Part shown: in pieces, positions 40,482 through 50,682 of the stretch | Layout: every line of letters begins with the position of its first letter | How positions within the stretch are numbered: the stretch's first letter is position 1 | Source of the DNA: an uncultured Rickettsiales bacterium | Lineage (GTDB): Bacteria; Pseudomonadota; Alphaproteobacteria; Rickettsiales; CAZAGG01 | Reading direction: 5' to 3' | NCBI GenBank assembly: GCA_964484565.1 | Contig: CAZAGG010000009.1 | Location: 61,384-125,383 of the forward strand | Length of the DNA: 64,000 bases | The notes under the pieces: generated by a model | Seen by the model: the letters and a program-made list of their open reading frames with translations, nothing else | Told to the model about the DNA's origin: nothing | Database searches by the model: none | Made by a program: the position numbers and the translations under genes

Positions 40482-41456
40482 TTAGGCGCAATATATATCG
40501 GAGACGAAACGTCTGCCTTTGTCTCCGCGTTTTAGCTGAATTACTACGTTGACAACACTTTTAATATATTCATGAATCTGGTCGCGTTCTAGGCCAAGAC
40601 CTGCCTGCATTACCATCAGAATAAGCTGCTCAAACGCAAGCATAGGGCTATCGGCGTGCAAGGTTGCAATTGAACCAGGGTGGCCTGTATTTATGGCTCT
40701 GAGAAAGCTGAAGGCTTCTTTGCCTCGTAACTCACCTAGAATAATTCTATCGGGTCGGAGCCTTAAGCAAGACTCGATGAGAGACTGAACATCAACATTC
40801 GCCCTTCCCTGTCCGCCGCGTGATGCAAGAAGATGAACTCTGTTTGGCAAGTGTTCAATATCCACTTCCCTTGCATCTTCAATGGTTATAACCCGCTCAG
40901 ATTCTGGAATTACTTTTAGAGTTGCGTTTAAGAATGTTGTTTTACCTGTTGAAGTTCCACCACTTATTATGATGTTTTTCTTAGCAAGAACTGCTTGTTT
41001 GATGAATTCTTTTATTTCTCCCGCATCAAGCAAGGCGCGGAGCTTTTGACTGCTTTTATCTTCTTGCTGTTTTACTTGAGTTGTTTGAAATGCGCCAATT
41101 GCCTCATATTGATCGAGATCAAAGTTTAAGATTGTCTGCTTACGAATAGACATTGCAATAGTTCCAACCTCGCAGGCGGGTGGAAAAACAATCTGGATAC
41201 GATAACCAGCAGGCAATGATGCAGATAGTAACGGCGTTTCTTCGCTTATTCTTTGTTCAGTAGATTGAGCAACTAGTCTTGCCAGTGCTTTTAAGTGCTC
41301 TAAATCAAACTCAGGAATGCTCTCTCTTATCATATCTCCGCGATATTCAACCCATGCTTCTGACGGGCGATTGATTGATATTTCGCTTACTCCTTCTCTT
41401 TCAAATAATTTCTTTAAAGGAGTTAGATATGTCTCAAGAGCGGTAAAGTTACTCAT
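40482..41456 (-). CDS. virB11: T4SS ATPase VirB11
   Basis: 'SGGTSTGKTT', 'TIED..E', 'LRLRPDRIILGELRG', 'NTGHPGS..TLHA'. Confidence 0.96.
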   Translation of the reverse strand: MSNFTALETYLTPLKKLFEREGVSEISINRPSEAWVEYRGDMIRESIPEFDLEHLKALARLVAQSTEQRISEETPLLSASLPAGYRIQIVFPPACEVGTIAMSIRKQTILNFDLDQYEAIGAFQTTQVKQQEDKSSQKLRALLDAGEIKEFIKQAVLAKKNIIISGGTSTGKTTFLNATLKVIPESERVITIEDAREVDIEHLPNRVHLLASRGGQGRANVDVQSLIESCLRLRPDRIILGELRGKEAFSFLRAINTGHPGSIATLHADSPMLAFEQLILMVMQAGLGLERDQIHEYIKSVVNVVIQLKRGDKGRRFVSDIYCA

Positions 41457-41461
41457 TATGC

Positions 41462-42649
41462 TTATCTTATAAAGTTGATTTGCTGGCCTATATTGTTTGG
41501 GAACATAAGATCTCGATTTACAAACACTTTAACAGGTGTTCCCTGATGAACTGTGATGGTTGGTCTTAGGTCGATAAATTCATCGACAATCCCTTTGGTA
41601 ATTCCACCAACATTACCAATAACTTGTTGAGCGGCTTGTGCGGTTGCTGTTCCTGAGTTTTCAGTGCTGCCATCGCTATAGGTTCTGCGGCTGGTAGTTG
41701 CGCTATCTGTGATTTGGTCAATACCATAGGCAACGCCTAAAGTAATTGTGCTGGTAAGAACTGCGGTTGAAAATATCTCCATAAACTTGCTATCAACGAT
41801 TCCTTCTAATCCAGATCTTCCTAGATTATCAACCCCTGGTGAGTTTACCATAACATCAACGCCGTCTGGCCTTATAACCCTTGTCCAAACTACCAGAACT
41901 CTTTTTTGCCCCCTGCGAACAAGCGTATTATATGTTCCAATTAGGCGTGAACCCTTATGAATCATCACTTTAGTTCCACTTTCCGCATATATGTTGCGGT
42001 TGACGATTGCTCTTAGCATGCCAGGTAAATCAGTATTTATTGCTGTTTCTAAGGTTGCATCAATGACCTTCCCCTGCGCAATAACTGCGTTTGTATTGCC
42101 AATTCTGCGAGCCTCTGCTTTTTCTGCTTCGGTGGTTGAAATGACATTTTGAGCAAACTCCATGTTAGGGTCTTCTGATGGTGGTTTTTGTTCGCTAGAT
42201 CCGCCACCAGCAATTCTAGATACAATACCTTTGTTGCTATTCAAAATGACCATGTTTGATCTAATCTTGGCAAGTTTGGTTTCGTTGTAATTTCCGCTTG
42301 AGTCTGTGAATAGTGGTGAATCAGCCTCTTCACCTGGTAAGGGCGGTGGTGGAGGCGGAGGAGGCGCACTAACTGTAGGAGCGGGAGGAATCGGAGCAGG
42401 AGGCGGAGGCATTACAGGAGCAGGCGCAACAGTAGCAACTGCCTGTGATTTTTTCTCTGCTTGTTGTTTGTTGTTATCTGGTTCATCGCCGCCAAATATG
42501 AAATATAATACCGTGCCTATAACTCCAACAAATCCAGCTAGGAATATAAAGGTTCTGGCAGGGGTTGCTGAAACAGAAGGTTTTCCACTGCTAACAGGTT
42601 TTGGCTGCTCTAAGGGTTCTTCAGGAGGTTGCTGATATTGTTCTACCAT
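41462..42649 (-). CDS. virB10: T4SS VirB10/TrbI
   Basis: TM plus Pro-rich stalk, 'QG..I.A.LETAINTDLPG', 'GSRLIG', 'D.LGRSG', 'PTI.V.QG...VFV.RDL.F'. Confidence 0.95.
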   Translation of the reverse strand: MVEQYQQPPEEPLEQPKPVSSGKPSVSATPARTFIFLAGFVGVIGTVLYFIFGGDEPDNNKQQAEKKSQAVATVAPAPVMPPPPAPIPPAPTVSAPPPPPPPPLPGEEADSPLFTDSSGNYNETKLAKIRSNMVILNSNKGIVSRIAGGGSSEQKPPSEDPNMEFAQNVISTTEAEKAEARRIGNTNAVIAQGKVIDATLETAINTDLPGMLRAIVNRNIYAESGTKVMIHKGSRLIGTYNTLVRRGQKRVLVVWTRVIRPDGVDVMVNSPGVDNLGRSGLEGIVDSKFMEIFSTAVLTSTITLGVAYGIDQITDSATTSRRTYSDGSTENSGTATAQAAQQVIGNVGGITKGIVDEFIDLRPTITVHQGTPVKVFVNRDLMFPNNIGQQINFIR

Positions 42650-42662
42650 CTGTTACCTAATA

Positions 42663-43757
42663 TTATTTTTTGTTGGTTAGCTTGGATTCATTATAAACGC
42701 AAACTATCTGATTGTTATTTCTAAGTGAAAACTGAGTTGCCACCTGATCTATAACGATAAAATCCCCCTGAAATCTTGTTTGCACCGCAATCTCTTTGCC
42801 ATCTTTATCTACCACTGCAAACTCTGGAACAATTTTGTTTCCATCTCTAAACTGCATATATGTGTTTTGTCCGTCATCAAATACTTTGACAGGTGCAAAA
42901 ACATCTGGACCAGTCAGAGTATAGTTGAAATTAAATGCACCACTAGCACTTTGACCTTGTTGAACATTAACGCTTGGTGGGGGAGGAGATAGTTTGTCAA
43001 GTGAGGGGATTTCCTTTGCTTTTTTAGGTTCCGCTAATTGTTTTGTTGCTGAATCTGGCTGTGGCTTTGCAAAACTTTTCGATTGAATTTTGAGTAGTTT
43101 AAGTTCGCTGTCATCAACTGGCGGTTTTGATACAGGAACTTCCATTTCCTGCGTGCCACTTCGCCCTGCAAAAGATGGAGGGGGTGGAGGAATCATACCA
43201 AATTCAGAAGCATCATTAGGCAGTCTAGCAGGAATAAATTGCTCAGAGGATGATTCGGGCATTCTTTGTTTTGGAGCTTGTGCGATAACTGGTGCAGCCA
43301 TTTGAGCCTTTGGCTTGTTATCATCTAGCTCAGGATAAAAGAAACGAATAACATAAGAGAGATTTTTATCGCCTGTTGGCTTAGCAACCAAATCAAACTG
43401 ATAAACCCGTTTATTGGTTATAACGGTCATGTTAGTGCGGATTGTTTCTTCTAAGGCTTTGATGAATAAATGCCTTCCCGCTGGGATTATTTGCCAAGCA
43501 GATTGATCACCTACTGAAATGGTTTGTATTTGTTCTTCTTTTGAGAACTCTATATTTGACTGAAAACCGTAATTGGTGGTGATGACATAGACTTCATTTT
43601 CGTTATAAACCAGTGTTCTAATTCTGCTATCTGTTGATATTGGATCGAAATCTCTGCCTGCCTGTGCGAGTGAATCTTTTGCTAAACTCATAGATAAAAA
43701 GAGAGCAGAAAACAAAATAGCCAGTGTTTTTTTGTTAATAAACATTATTAATCTCAC
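42663..43757 (-). CDS. virB9: T4SS VirB9/TrbG (paralog 2, with Pro-rich insertion)
   Basis: 'DSRIRT.VY', 'TNMTVITNKRVYQF', 'PVKVFDDG..TY'; lies between virB8 and virB10. Confidence 0.9.
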   Translation of the reverse strand: MRLIMFINKKTLAILFSALFLSMSLAKDSLAQAGRDFDPISTDSRIRTLVYNENEVYVITTNYGFQSNIEFSKEEQIQTISVGDQSAWQIIPAGRHLFIKALEETIRTNMTVITNKRVYQFDLVAKPTGDKNLSYVIRFFYPELDDNKPKAQMAAPVIAQAPKQRMPESSSEQFIPARLPNDASEFGMIPPPPPSFAGRSGTQEMEVPVSKPPVDDSELKLLKIQSKSFAKPQPDSATKQLAEPKKAKEIPSLDKLSPPPPSVNVQQGQSASGAFNFNYTLTGPDVFAPVKVFDDGQNTYMQFRDGNKIVPEFAVVDKDGKEIAVQTRFQGDFIVIDQVATQFSLRNNNQIVCVYNESKLTNKK

Positions 43758-43758
43758 C

Positions 43759-44454
43759 TTACCTTCCCATGAATTCTTCGTCTAAGCGATAGTTATTAAC
43801 CTGAAAACCTAGAGGATTTAAATATCGGTCTCTTAATGTAAGCTCTAGTTTTATAAAATCAAATGATAATAGAACTATATAGTTTTTCGTAACTCTTTGT
43901 CCTCTATTTTCATCTACGGCTGTTATTCTAACTTGAGCTGTATTTTCATCTAGGAATGTTATGGCCTTGAAGTCTGCAAAACGTTTATATTCTGAGCCAT
44001 ATTGACTCACTAAACTTTCTTTATTGTTTGGGTCATAAATTCGTCGGTATTGTCCAAAAATTTGAGGCGTTGACATTACCCTAACCATATCAAAATTATA
44101 AGCAAATGACGCAGCGTCATATGTTTCTCTTGCTCTAATATAGCTTGTAACGAAATGCTGTTTGAGGGCTTCGTTAGCTGTCATCTCTTTTGCTTTTAGA
44201 GGATTAACAACTTGTGTCATTCCCGTTTTTTCATCAACTTGAATAAGAAATGGCTGAACAGATTTAAGTGGGGTAAGCCTTGCAACAGAAATTGTCGAAA
44301 GCAACACAACAACCAGTGCAACAAGCGTTACCAGTGCCAGAATATTACGTTGCACAAGCACTCTTTGGTATCTATCTTGATACCAATTTCTTTTAGGCTC
44401 TTGTTTTGAAGAACCTGCTTTTGCCTGATCAATAAAGTTTTTAAGTTGTGACAT
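43759..44454 (-). CDS. virB8: T4SS VirB8 (canonical paralog)
   Basis: 'P..I.VD..TG', 'Y..ARETY', 'RYLNPLGFQV..YR'. Confidence 0.93.
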   Translation of the reverse strand: MSQLKNFIDQAKAGSSKQEPKRNWYQDRYQRVLVQRNILALVTLVALVVVLLSTISVARLTPLKSVQPFLIQVDEKTGMTQVVNPLKAKEMTANEALKQHFVTSYIRARETYDAASFAYNFDMVRVMSTPQIFGQYRRIYDPNNKESLVSQYGSEYKRFADFKAITFLDENTAQVRITAVDENRGQRVTKNYIVLLSFDFIKLELTLRDRYLNPLGFQVNNYRLDEEFMGR

Positions 44455-44558
44455 TGATATGTAAGCAATCTATTAGAAATTCTGAATATCTTGAATATCT
44501 ATCCAAATTATTAAATAAACGTCAAAACAATACGTATACAGAAAAATAAAATAATTTC

Positions 44559-45725
44559 ATGCAAAATAGTATAGCATTATACATTCATTGGCCATTTTGT
44601 TTATCGAAGTGTCCTTACTGCGACTTTAACAGTCATGTTAGAGAGAGTATAGAGCCTTTAGATTGGCATAAGGCCATGTTGATAGAGCTTGAAAGAGAGC
44701 TTGCGGATGTCTCTTCCCGAGAAATTTCCAGCATTTTTTTCGGGGGTGGAACACCATCGTTGATGGATGCTAAGCTGGTTGAAAAACTTATAGAAAAAGC
44801 AGAAAAACTGAACGGCTTCAGCGACAATATAGAAATAACGTTAGAGGCCAATCCAACCTCGGCGGAATATAATAAGTTTATTGATTTTAAAAGTGCAGGG
44901 GTGAATCGCGTTTCAATGGGAATTCAGTCACTTAACCCTGAATCATTAAAGTTTTTGGGCAGAAAGCACAGCGCAGAAGATGCTATTAAGGCCTTTGGCT
45001 ATGCAAAGAAGATATTCGATCGTTACTCTTTCGATATGATATATGCGCTTCCAAATCAAACACTTAAGGATTGGGAGTTGGAACTAAAACAAGCACTGGA
45101 AGTTGCAGATAACGCAGGGCACATGTCTCTTTATCAGCTAACCATCGAGGAAAACACCAATTTTTATCAGCTTCATAAAGCGGGAAGGTTGATTCTCCCA
45201 GAGGATGAGATAGCAGAAGATATGTATATGCAAACATTGGAAATAATGTCTTCTAAGGGGTTGGAAATGTATGAAATATCAAATTTTGCGAAACAAGGCG
45301 AAGAATCAAGGCACAATCTAACCTATTGGCAATATGGAGATTATGTAGGCGTAGGTGCTGGCGCGCACGGTAGATTTAAAAATAAAGCTAATGGCAGAAA
45401 AGTTGCAACCAGAGCTTTTCGCCTTCCAGAAAAATGGCTCTCAGAAGCTCTCAGCAATGGCTCTGCAAGAGAAGTATTTGATGAAATATCCCCAGAAGAT
45501 TCGTTTATTGAGGGTTTATTGATGGGGCTTCGCCTAAGTGAGGGAATAAAAATTAGTAAACTTGAGCATGAATCTGGCGCAAAGTTTGTGGATAATATAA
45601 ACATGCAAAACTTATATTCACTTATTGAAGAGGGCTTCTTGAGCTATAAGGAAAATGATTATCTTAAAGCAACTCCAAATGGTTTTTTAATACTGAACGA
45701 AATAATCAGGAAGATAATTGCTTAG
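44559..45725 (+). CDS. hemW: Radical SAM heme chaperone (HemN-like)
   Basis: 'YIHWPFCLSKCPYCDFNS', 'GGGTPS', 'YEISNFA', 'HN..YW'. Confidence 0.92.
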   Translation: MQNSIALYIHWPFCLSKCPYCDFNSHVRESIEPLDWHKAMLIELERELADVSSREISSIFFGGGTPSLMDAKLVEKLIEKAEKLNGFSDNIEITLEANPTSAEYNKFIDFKSAGVNRVSMGIQSLNPESLKFLGRKHSAEDAIKAFGYAKKIFDRYSFDMIYALPNQTLKDWELELKQALEVADNAGHMSLYQLTIEENTNFYQLHKAGRLILPEDEIAEDMYMQTLEIMSSKGLEMYEISNFAKQGEESRHNLTYWQYGDYVGVGAGAHGRFKNKANGRKVATRAFRLPEKWLSEALSNGSAREVFDEISPEDSFIEGLLMGLRLSEGIKISKLEHESGAKFVDNINMQNLYSLIEEGFLSYKENDYLKATPNGFLILNEIIRKIIA

Positions 45726-46533
45726 ATAAATTGCAAAAGTCTTGGATGGAGAGGTTCTCGGCTCGTTTTGTTTCGGCGATTCCTAGAGAATTTAGAATTT
45801 CCGCTGGATTTTCAAATGCCCCCTTAAGGCTTGCGCGAAGCATCTTCCTTCTTTGTCCAAATGCGGCTTGAAGAACTGCTTTGAGGCTCGAATAATCCAT
45901 TTCGTAAAGCGGTTTTGGATAAGGCTCAAGCCTAATTACAGAAGATACGACTTTAGGCGGTGGATAAAATGCCGAAGGCGGAACGTCAAAACATTTTTCA
46001 ACCCTGCAAAGAACCTGAGAAATAACAGATAATTTACCAAATGACCCTCTATCTGGCTCTGAGACAATTCGTTCGGCAACCTCTTTTTGAAACATAAGTG
46101 TAAGACTTGAAAATAAATTAGGGTTTTTCTCTATTAAATCGAGCCATTTAACTAGTAACACTGTAGATATATTGTAAGGCAAATTAGCGATAATTTGTAT
46201 TTTAGAACTTATTGATTCGTAATCGAAACAAAGCGCATCGGCATTATATACTTCTAAAGTAGGATAGTAAGTTTTTAGATCTTCAAGAAGGGGGAGTATG
46301 ACTTTATCCATCTCAATTGCTATGAATCTTTTAGGGTTAGATTCAAGAATTGCCCTAGAAAGCCCTCCTGGACCTGGTCCAATTTCAATTACGGTTGCAT
46401 TTGCATCTATCTGCGCGTGTTTTACAATTTTTCTGGTTAGATTTAGGTCATACAAGAAATTTTGGCCAAATCTTTTTGTGGCTCGTATATTATGTTTTTC
46501 AACAAATTCACTAACTGATGGAACTGTAATCAT
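45706..46533 (-). CDS. rsmA: 16S rRNA m6,2A dimethyltransferase
   Basis: 'FGQNFL', 'EIGPGPG', 'ANLPYNIS', 'MFQKEVA', 'QRRKMLR'. Confidence 0.96.
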   Translation of the reverse strand: MITVPSVSEFVEKHNIRATKRFGQNFLYDLNLTRKIVKHAQIDANATVIEIGPGPGGLSRAILESNPKRFIAIEMDKVILPLLEDLKTYYPTLEVYNADALCFDYESISSKIQIIANLPYNISTVLLVKWLDLIEKNPNLFSSLTLMFQKEVAERIVSEPDRGSFGKLSVISQVLCRVEKCFDVPPSAFYPPPKVVSSVIRLEPYPKPLYEMDYSSLKAVLQAAFGQRRKMLRASLKGAFENPAEILNSLGIAETKRAENLSIQDFCNLSKQLSS

Positions 46534-46601
46534 TTATACCTTATAGTCTCATCTTGATATTTTGTCATCTTTTGTAAAGTTTATTGAATATTAGTGCCCG
46601 A

Positions 46602-47522
46602 ATGCATATATACCTTCCGATAGCTGAAATGCCTGTAAACATCCTAGCAATTCTTGCTTTGGGCGCTATAGCGGGTGTGTTTGCGGGTATGTTCGGTGTT
46701 GGAGGCGGATTTCTTCTGACTCCATTCCTTATATTTTTTGGTATTCCACATGATGTAGCTGTTTCTAGCTCTGCAAATCAGATAATTGCTTCATCTGTAT
46801 CAGGATTTTCCGCACATTGGCGCAAACGAAACGTTGATGTAAAAATGGGGCTATATCTTCTTGCAGGCGGAATGGTTGGCTCAACATCTGGGGTTAGTTT
46901 GTTTAGTAGCCTGAAAGCATCTGGGCAGATTGATGTTTTTATTACAGTATGTTATATCATATTCTTGGGTGTTATCGGCGCAGTGATGGCGATTGAAAGT
47001 GGTAGGGCAATGCTCAGAAAACGGGCGGGAGAAGAATATATCCCCAAAAAGAAGGGGCATAATTCTCTTCAAAAATTACCTTTTAAAACCAGATTTCCAG
47101 ATTCAAAATTATACATAAGTGCTTTGCTTCCAATAACTCTGGGGTTCGCGGTCGGAGTTTTGGTCTCTGTAATGGGCATTGGCGGCGGCTTCATAATGAT
47201 TCCCGCAATGATATATATTCTAGGTATGCCAACATCAGTCGTGATTGGAACTTCGCTATTTCAGATTATATTTATCACCAGCAATGTGACCATGTTAATG
47301 GCTTATAAAACTCAAACGGTAGATATAGTTCTTGCATTGATTTTAATAGCAGGTTCTGTTTTTGGCGCGCAGATAGGAACAAAACTTGGAATGAAAATAC
47401 CATCTGAAAAGCTAAGAGCAATGCTTGCCATGATGGTTTTATCGGTTTGCCTAAAACTTGCGTATGGTTTGTTTGTGACCCCTCCTGATATCTATACCAT
47501 AACTGAGATGGGCATTAAATAA
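46602..47522 (+). CDS. TauE/SafE-family membrane protein
   Basis: 'MHIYLPIAE', 'GMFGVGGGFL.TP', 'MGIGGGFIM.P'; usual partner of TIGR02186. Confidence 0.9.
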   Translation: MHIYLPIAEMPVNILAILALGAIAGVFAGMFGVGGGFLLTPFLIFFGIPHDVAVSSSANQIIASSVSGFSAHWRKRNVDVKMGLYLLAGGMVGSTSGVSLFSSLKASGQIDVFITVCYIIFLGVIGAVMAIESGRAMLRKRAGEEYIPKKKGHNSLQKLPFKTRFPDSKLYISALLPITLGFAVGVLVSVMGIGGGFIMIPAMIYILGMPTSVVIGTSLFQIIFITSNVTMLMAYKTQTVDIVLALILIAGSVFGAQIGTKLGMKIPSEKLRAMLAMMVLSVCLKLAYGLFVTPPDIYTITEMGIK

Positions 47523-48265
47523 TGCGTTACTTGCTTGTTTTTCTTATCTTATTATGCACAGTTAATATGTTGGCAAGGCCTGCAAACGCAGAACAACTTA
47601 TAGCTGATATATCTCGTCATGAAATTGAGATAGACTCTTCTTTCAGGGGAATGGATATTTTGCTATTTGGGGCAGCAACCCCTACAGGAGACATATTTGT
47701 AGCCGTAAGGGGTGAAGATAAAAGCTATGTTATTAGAAAGAAAGAACGCATTGGCGGTGTATGGATTAATACAAAATCGCATCAGTTTAATTCAATACCC
47801 GCATTTTATGTCAATGCGTCTAGCAGGAGTACAACTTCGCTAAATATCACAGAAAGAAGCTCAATTCTCACAACTCTTAATTTGGGGTTAGATAATATAA
47901 TCAAAATAGAAAACAGCAATCTGCAACAAATTGATTTTAAAGATGCTTTTGTTAATAAAAAGACCGAGAAAAAACTTTATCAAGATGAGATGCAAAAAAT
48001 TTCTTTTATGGGAGAAACACTTTTTAGAACGGTGTTGAAATTTCCAGAGAATACTCCGAGAGGTGTTTATTCAATAGATATATATTTGGTGGAAGGTGGA
48101 GTTTTGAAATCCTTTCAAACTATTCCATTGGTGGTGAGGAAAAAAGGATTCGATGCTTTCGTTTTTGATTTCTCAAGGGGTTATCCTTTTATTTATGGGC
48201 TATTTGCTATACTAATAGCAGTCTTTGCTGGTTGGTTCGCAGGCGAAATGGTAAGAAAAGTATAG
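47522..48265 (+). CDS. TIGR02186-family protein
   Basis: 'L.AD.S...I.IDSSF.G..ILLFGA', 'RKKER..G.W.N', 'LFR....P', C-terminal TM. Confidence 0.85.
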   Translation: MRYLLVFLILLCTVNMLARPANAEQLIADISRHEIEIDSSFRGMDILLFGAATPTGDIFVAVRGEDKSYVIRKKERIGGVWINTKSHQFNSIPAFYVNASSRSTTSLNITERSSILTTLNLGLDNIIKIENSNLQQIDFKDAFVNKKTEKKLYQDEMQKISFMGETLFRTVLKFPENTPRGVYSIDIYLVEGGVLKSFQTIPLVVRKKGFDAFVFDFSRGYPFIYGLFAILIAVFAGWFAGEMVRKV

Positions 48266-48278
48266 GTTATAGTATAGC

Positions 48279-50129
48279 ATGAAGCGTTCTGAGAAAATTA
48301 AGATTGCGATAGCATCTACGGCAAGGGCGGTGAGTGGAAAGCAAAAACTCGGCGTTACCTATGCAGGCAATAATCCAAATGCGACCATAACCAATAACGG
48401 TGATTTGAGATTTACAAACGTTACTGACGATATTTCAGCAAAAGAAATGGCAAGACTTCGTGGCGAGGCTGACTCGGCCGCTCTTTTTCTGAAACATCAC
48501 AATCAATCTCTGCATTACAAACTGCAACCTAAAGAAGATAAGGCAAAGGCTATCTTCGATGCATTAGAGCAAGCTAGAATTGAATCTTTGGGCGCAAAGA
48601 ACTTTCGTGGAATTTCTGAGAATATTGCTTCAAAAATCTATGAAAATATGCAAGAAAACGGCTATGAGCGCATATCTGAAAGAGCAGATCCGCCCGTTGC
48701 AGATCTTATAGCCTTGCTTCTTAGGCAGAAGGTTGCAGGCATCAATCCGCCCGAATTTATGAATCGTTTGCTTACTGTTTGGGGTGCTTGGATAGAATCT
48801 CAGGTAGGAAAAGACCTAGACGAGCTTTCAAATTCGGTTGATTCGCAGCAGAAGTTTTCAAAACTTTCGTTAAAACTGATTAAAAATCTATATGAAAGAG
48901 ACTCCAGTGAATCTAGCGATAAACAAAATGATGAAGATTCTTCTGAAGATGAAGCGACGGGCAAGAAAAATAGCGATTCAAACTCAGATGACTCTAATAG
49001 TGACGAATCTGATTCTATGGGAATTGATCTAAGCGACCATCTGGGCGATAAAATTGCTTCAAAGTCAGATGCTAGCAAGAGCGGAAATACAAAAAAATCA
49101 AGTGATATTTCAGATGTTGACGGCGCAGAAGATGATGCGCGTTCAGAAGATGACTCTAACCCTCCGCGTTTGCCAAATTTCGTCGAAACATCAGGTTTCG
49201 ATAGTAGCAATTATAAAGTCTATACAAGAGAATTTGATGAAATTGTTAAGGCATCTTCTTTGGCATCACAAGATGAGCTTACAAGACTAAGATCGCAATT
49301 AGATGACAGACTTCAGGGAATGCAGGCTGTAATATCTAGGCTCGCAAATCGCTTGCAGAGAAAGCTAATGGCTAAGCAAAAAAGATCTTGGCAGTTTGAG
49401 CAAGAAGAAGGCTTGCTTGATTCTGCAAAACTTCCACGAATTATCACTGATCCGTCATATCATTATCTTTACAAACATGAGAAAGATTCTGATTTTAAAG
49501 ATACAGTTGTTAGCATACTCCTTGATAATTCTGGCTCTATGCGTGGAAGGCCGATAATGATGGCAGCTTTGACGGGTGACATTCTCTCAAAAACGCTGGA
49601 GCGTGTAGGTGTAAAAGTCGAGGTTCTAGGGTTTACAACGCGAGAATGGAAGGGTGGTAAATCAAGACAGAAGTGGACTCAAAATGGCTCTAATCCAAAT
49701 GTTGGCAGGCTAAATGACTTGCGTCACATAATATATAAATCGGCTGACTCAACATGGAGATCTTCACGAAAGAACATGGCATTAATGCTCAAAGATGGAA
49801 TATTGAAAGAAAATATTGATGGCGAAGCAATACTTTGGGCATACTCCCGATTAAAACAACGCAAAGAGCAGCGCAAAATATTAATAGTCGTCTCAGATGG
49901 CGCACCAGTTGATGACAGCACTTTATCAGTGAATACAGGCAACTTTCTTGACCTTCATTTGCGCGAAGTTATTGCTCAAGTTGAGGGTGACGGGATTGTC
50001 GAAATGGTTGCTATCGGCATTGGCCACGACGTTACAAGATATTACAAAAAAGCCGTCACCATTTCAGATGTAGAGCAACTCGGCAAAGTTATGATGGATG
50101 AGTTAGGCCAATTATTCAACGCAGTGTAA
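48279..50129 (+). CDS. cobT: CobT-family VWA protein
   Basis: 'RGEADS.AL', acidic linker, '[12 protein letters not shown]', 'GRLNDLRHI', 'KENIDGEA', 'SDGAPVDD'. Confidence 0.92.
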   Translation: MKRSEKIKIAIASTARAVSGKQKLGVTYAGNNPNATITNNGDLRFTNVTDDISAKEMARLRGEADSAALFLKHHNQSLHYKLQPKEDKAKAIFDALEQARIESLGAKNFRGISENIASKIYENMQENGYERISERADPPVADLIALLLRQKVAGINPPEFMNRLLTVWGAWIESQVGKDLDELSNSVDSQQKFSKLSLKLIKNLYERDSSESSDKQNDEDSSEDEATGKKNSDSNSDDSNSDESDSMGIDLSDHLGDKIASKSDASKSGNTKKSSDISDVDGAEDDARSEDDSNPPRLPNFVETSGFDSSNYKVYTREFDEIVKASSLASQDELTRLRSQLDDRLQGMQAVISRLANRLQRKLMAKQKRSWQFEQEEGLLDSAKLPRIITDPSYHYLYKHEKDSDFKDTVVSILLDNSGSMRGRPIMMAALTGDILSKTLERVGVKVEVLGFTTREWKGGKSRQKWTQNGSNPNVGRLNDLRHIIYKSADSTWRSSRKNMALMLKDGILKENIDGEAILWAYSRLKQRKEQRKILIVVSDGAPVDDSTLSVNTGNFLDLHLREVIAQVEGDGIVEMVAIGIGHDVTRYYKKAVTISDVEQLGKVMMDELGQLFNAV

Positions 50130-50192
50130 AAGAAATATTAACTATAACGAGTTAGTATCGCATAAGGTTATAACTAATTCGAGTATTACAAA

Positions 50193-50654
50193 ATGTCTAA
50201 AAATATCTATATTGATCTAATATTGTTAATTGAGCGATTACATCGCAGATTCCTTGATGTTATAAAAGCAGAGCTGGATAGACTGAAAATCGAAGATATA
50301 AACAACGTTCAGACCCTGATTTTATATAATATCAATAGCGAGCAAATAACTATTGGCGAGCTTACGGTTAGAGGATATTATTTAGGTTCAAACGTATCTT
50401 ATAACGTTAAGAAGCTAGTCGAAAGTGGTTATCTTCTGCAAGAAAAATCCCCGCATGATAAGCGTTCTACTAGAGTTAAGTTGTCTCAAAAAGGGCTTAA
50501 CATATGCGAAAGAATAGATAACCTATATCAAAAGCATGTCGAAGCGCTAGATAAAGGCATTATAAAGATTGACGAAATGTCAAAACTAAACACCGATTTA
50601 AAGTCACTAGAAAGATTCTGGACAGATTACATTAACTCAGTATTTAAGTTGTAA
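50193..50654 (+). CDS. MarR-family regulator (LdtR-like)
   Basis: 'ERLHRRFLDVIK', 'RGYYLGSNVSYN.KKLV'. Confidence 0.88.
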   Translation: MSKNIYIDLILLIERLHRRFLDVIKAELDRLKIEDINNVQTLILYNINSEQITIGELTVRGYYLGSNVSYNVKKLVESGYLLQEKSPHDKRSTRVKLSQKGLNICERIDNLYQKHVEALDKGIIKIDEMSKLNTDLKSLERFWTDYINSVFKL

Positions 50655-50682
50655 ATCCATAATTTATGTATATCATGAATGA

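Noticed and set aside
30788-44454. Interpretation as an integrated conjugative element or plasmid
   Set aside because: No relaxase, integrase, replication genes or boundary repeats; flanked by core genes
44455-44558. Possible small virB7 lipoprotein gene upstream of virB8
   Set aside because: Only about 100 bp is available and no lipobox-bearing ORF is visible
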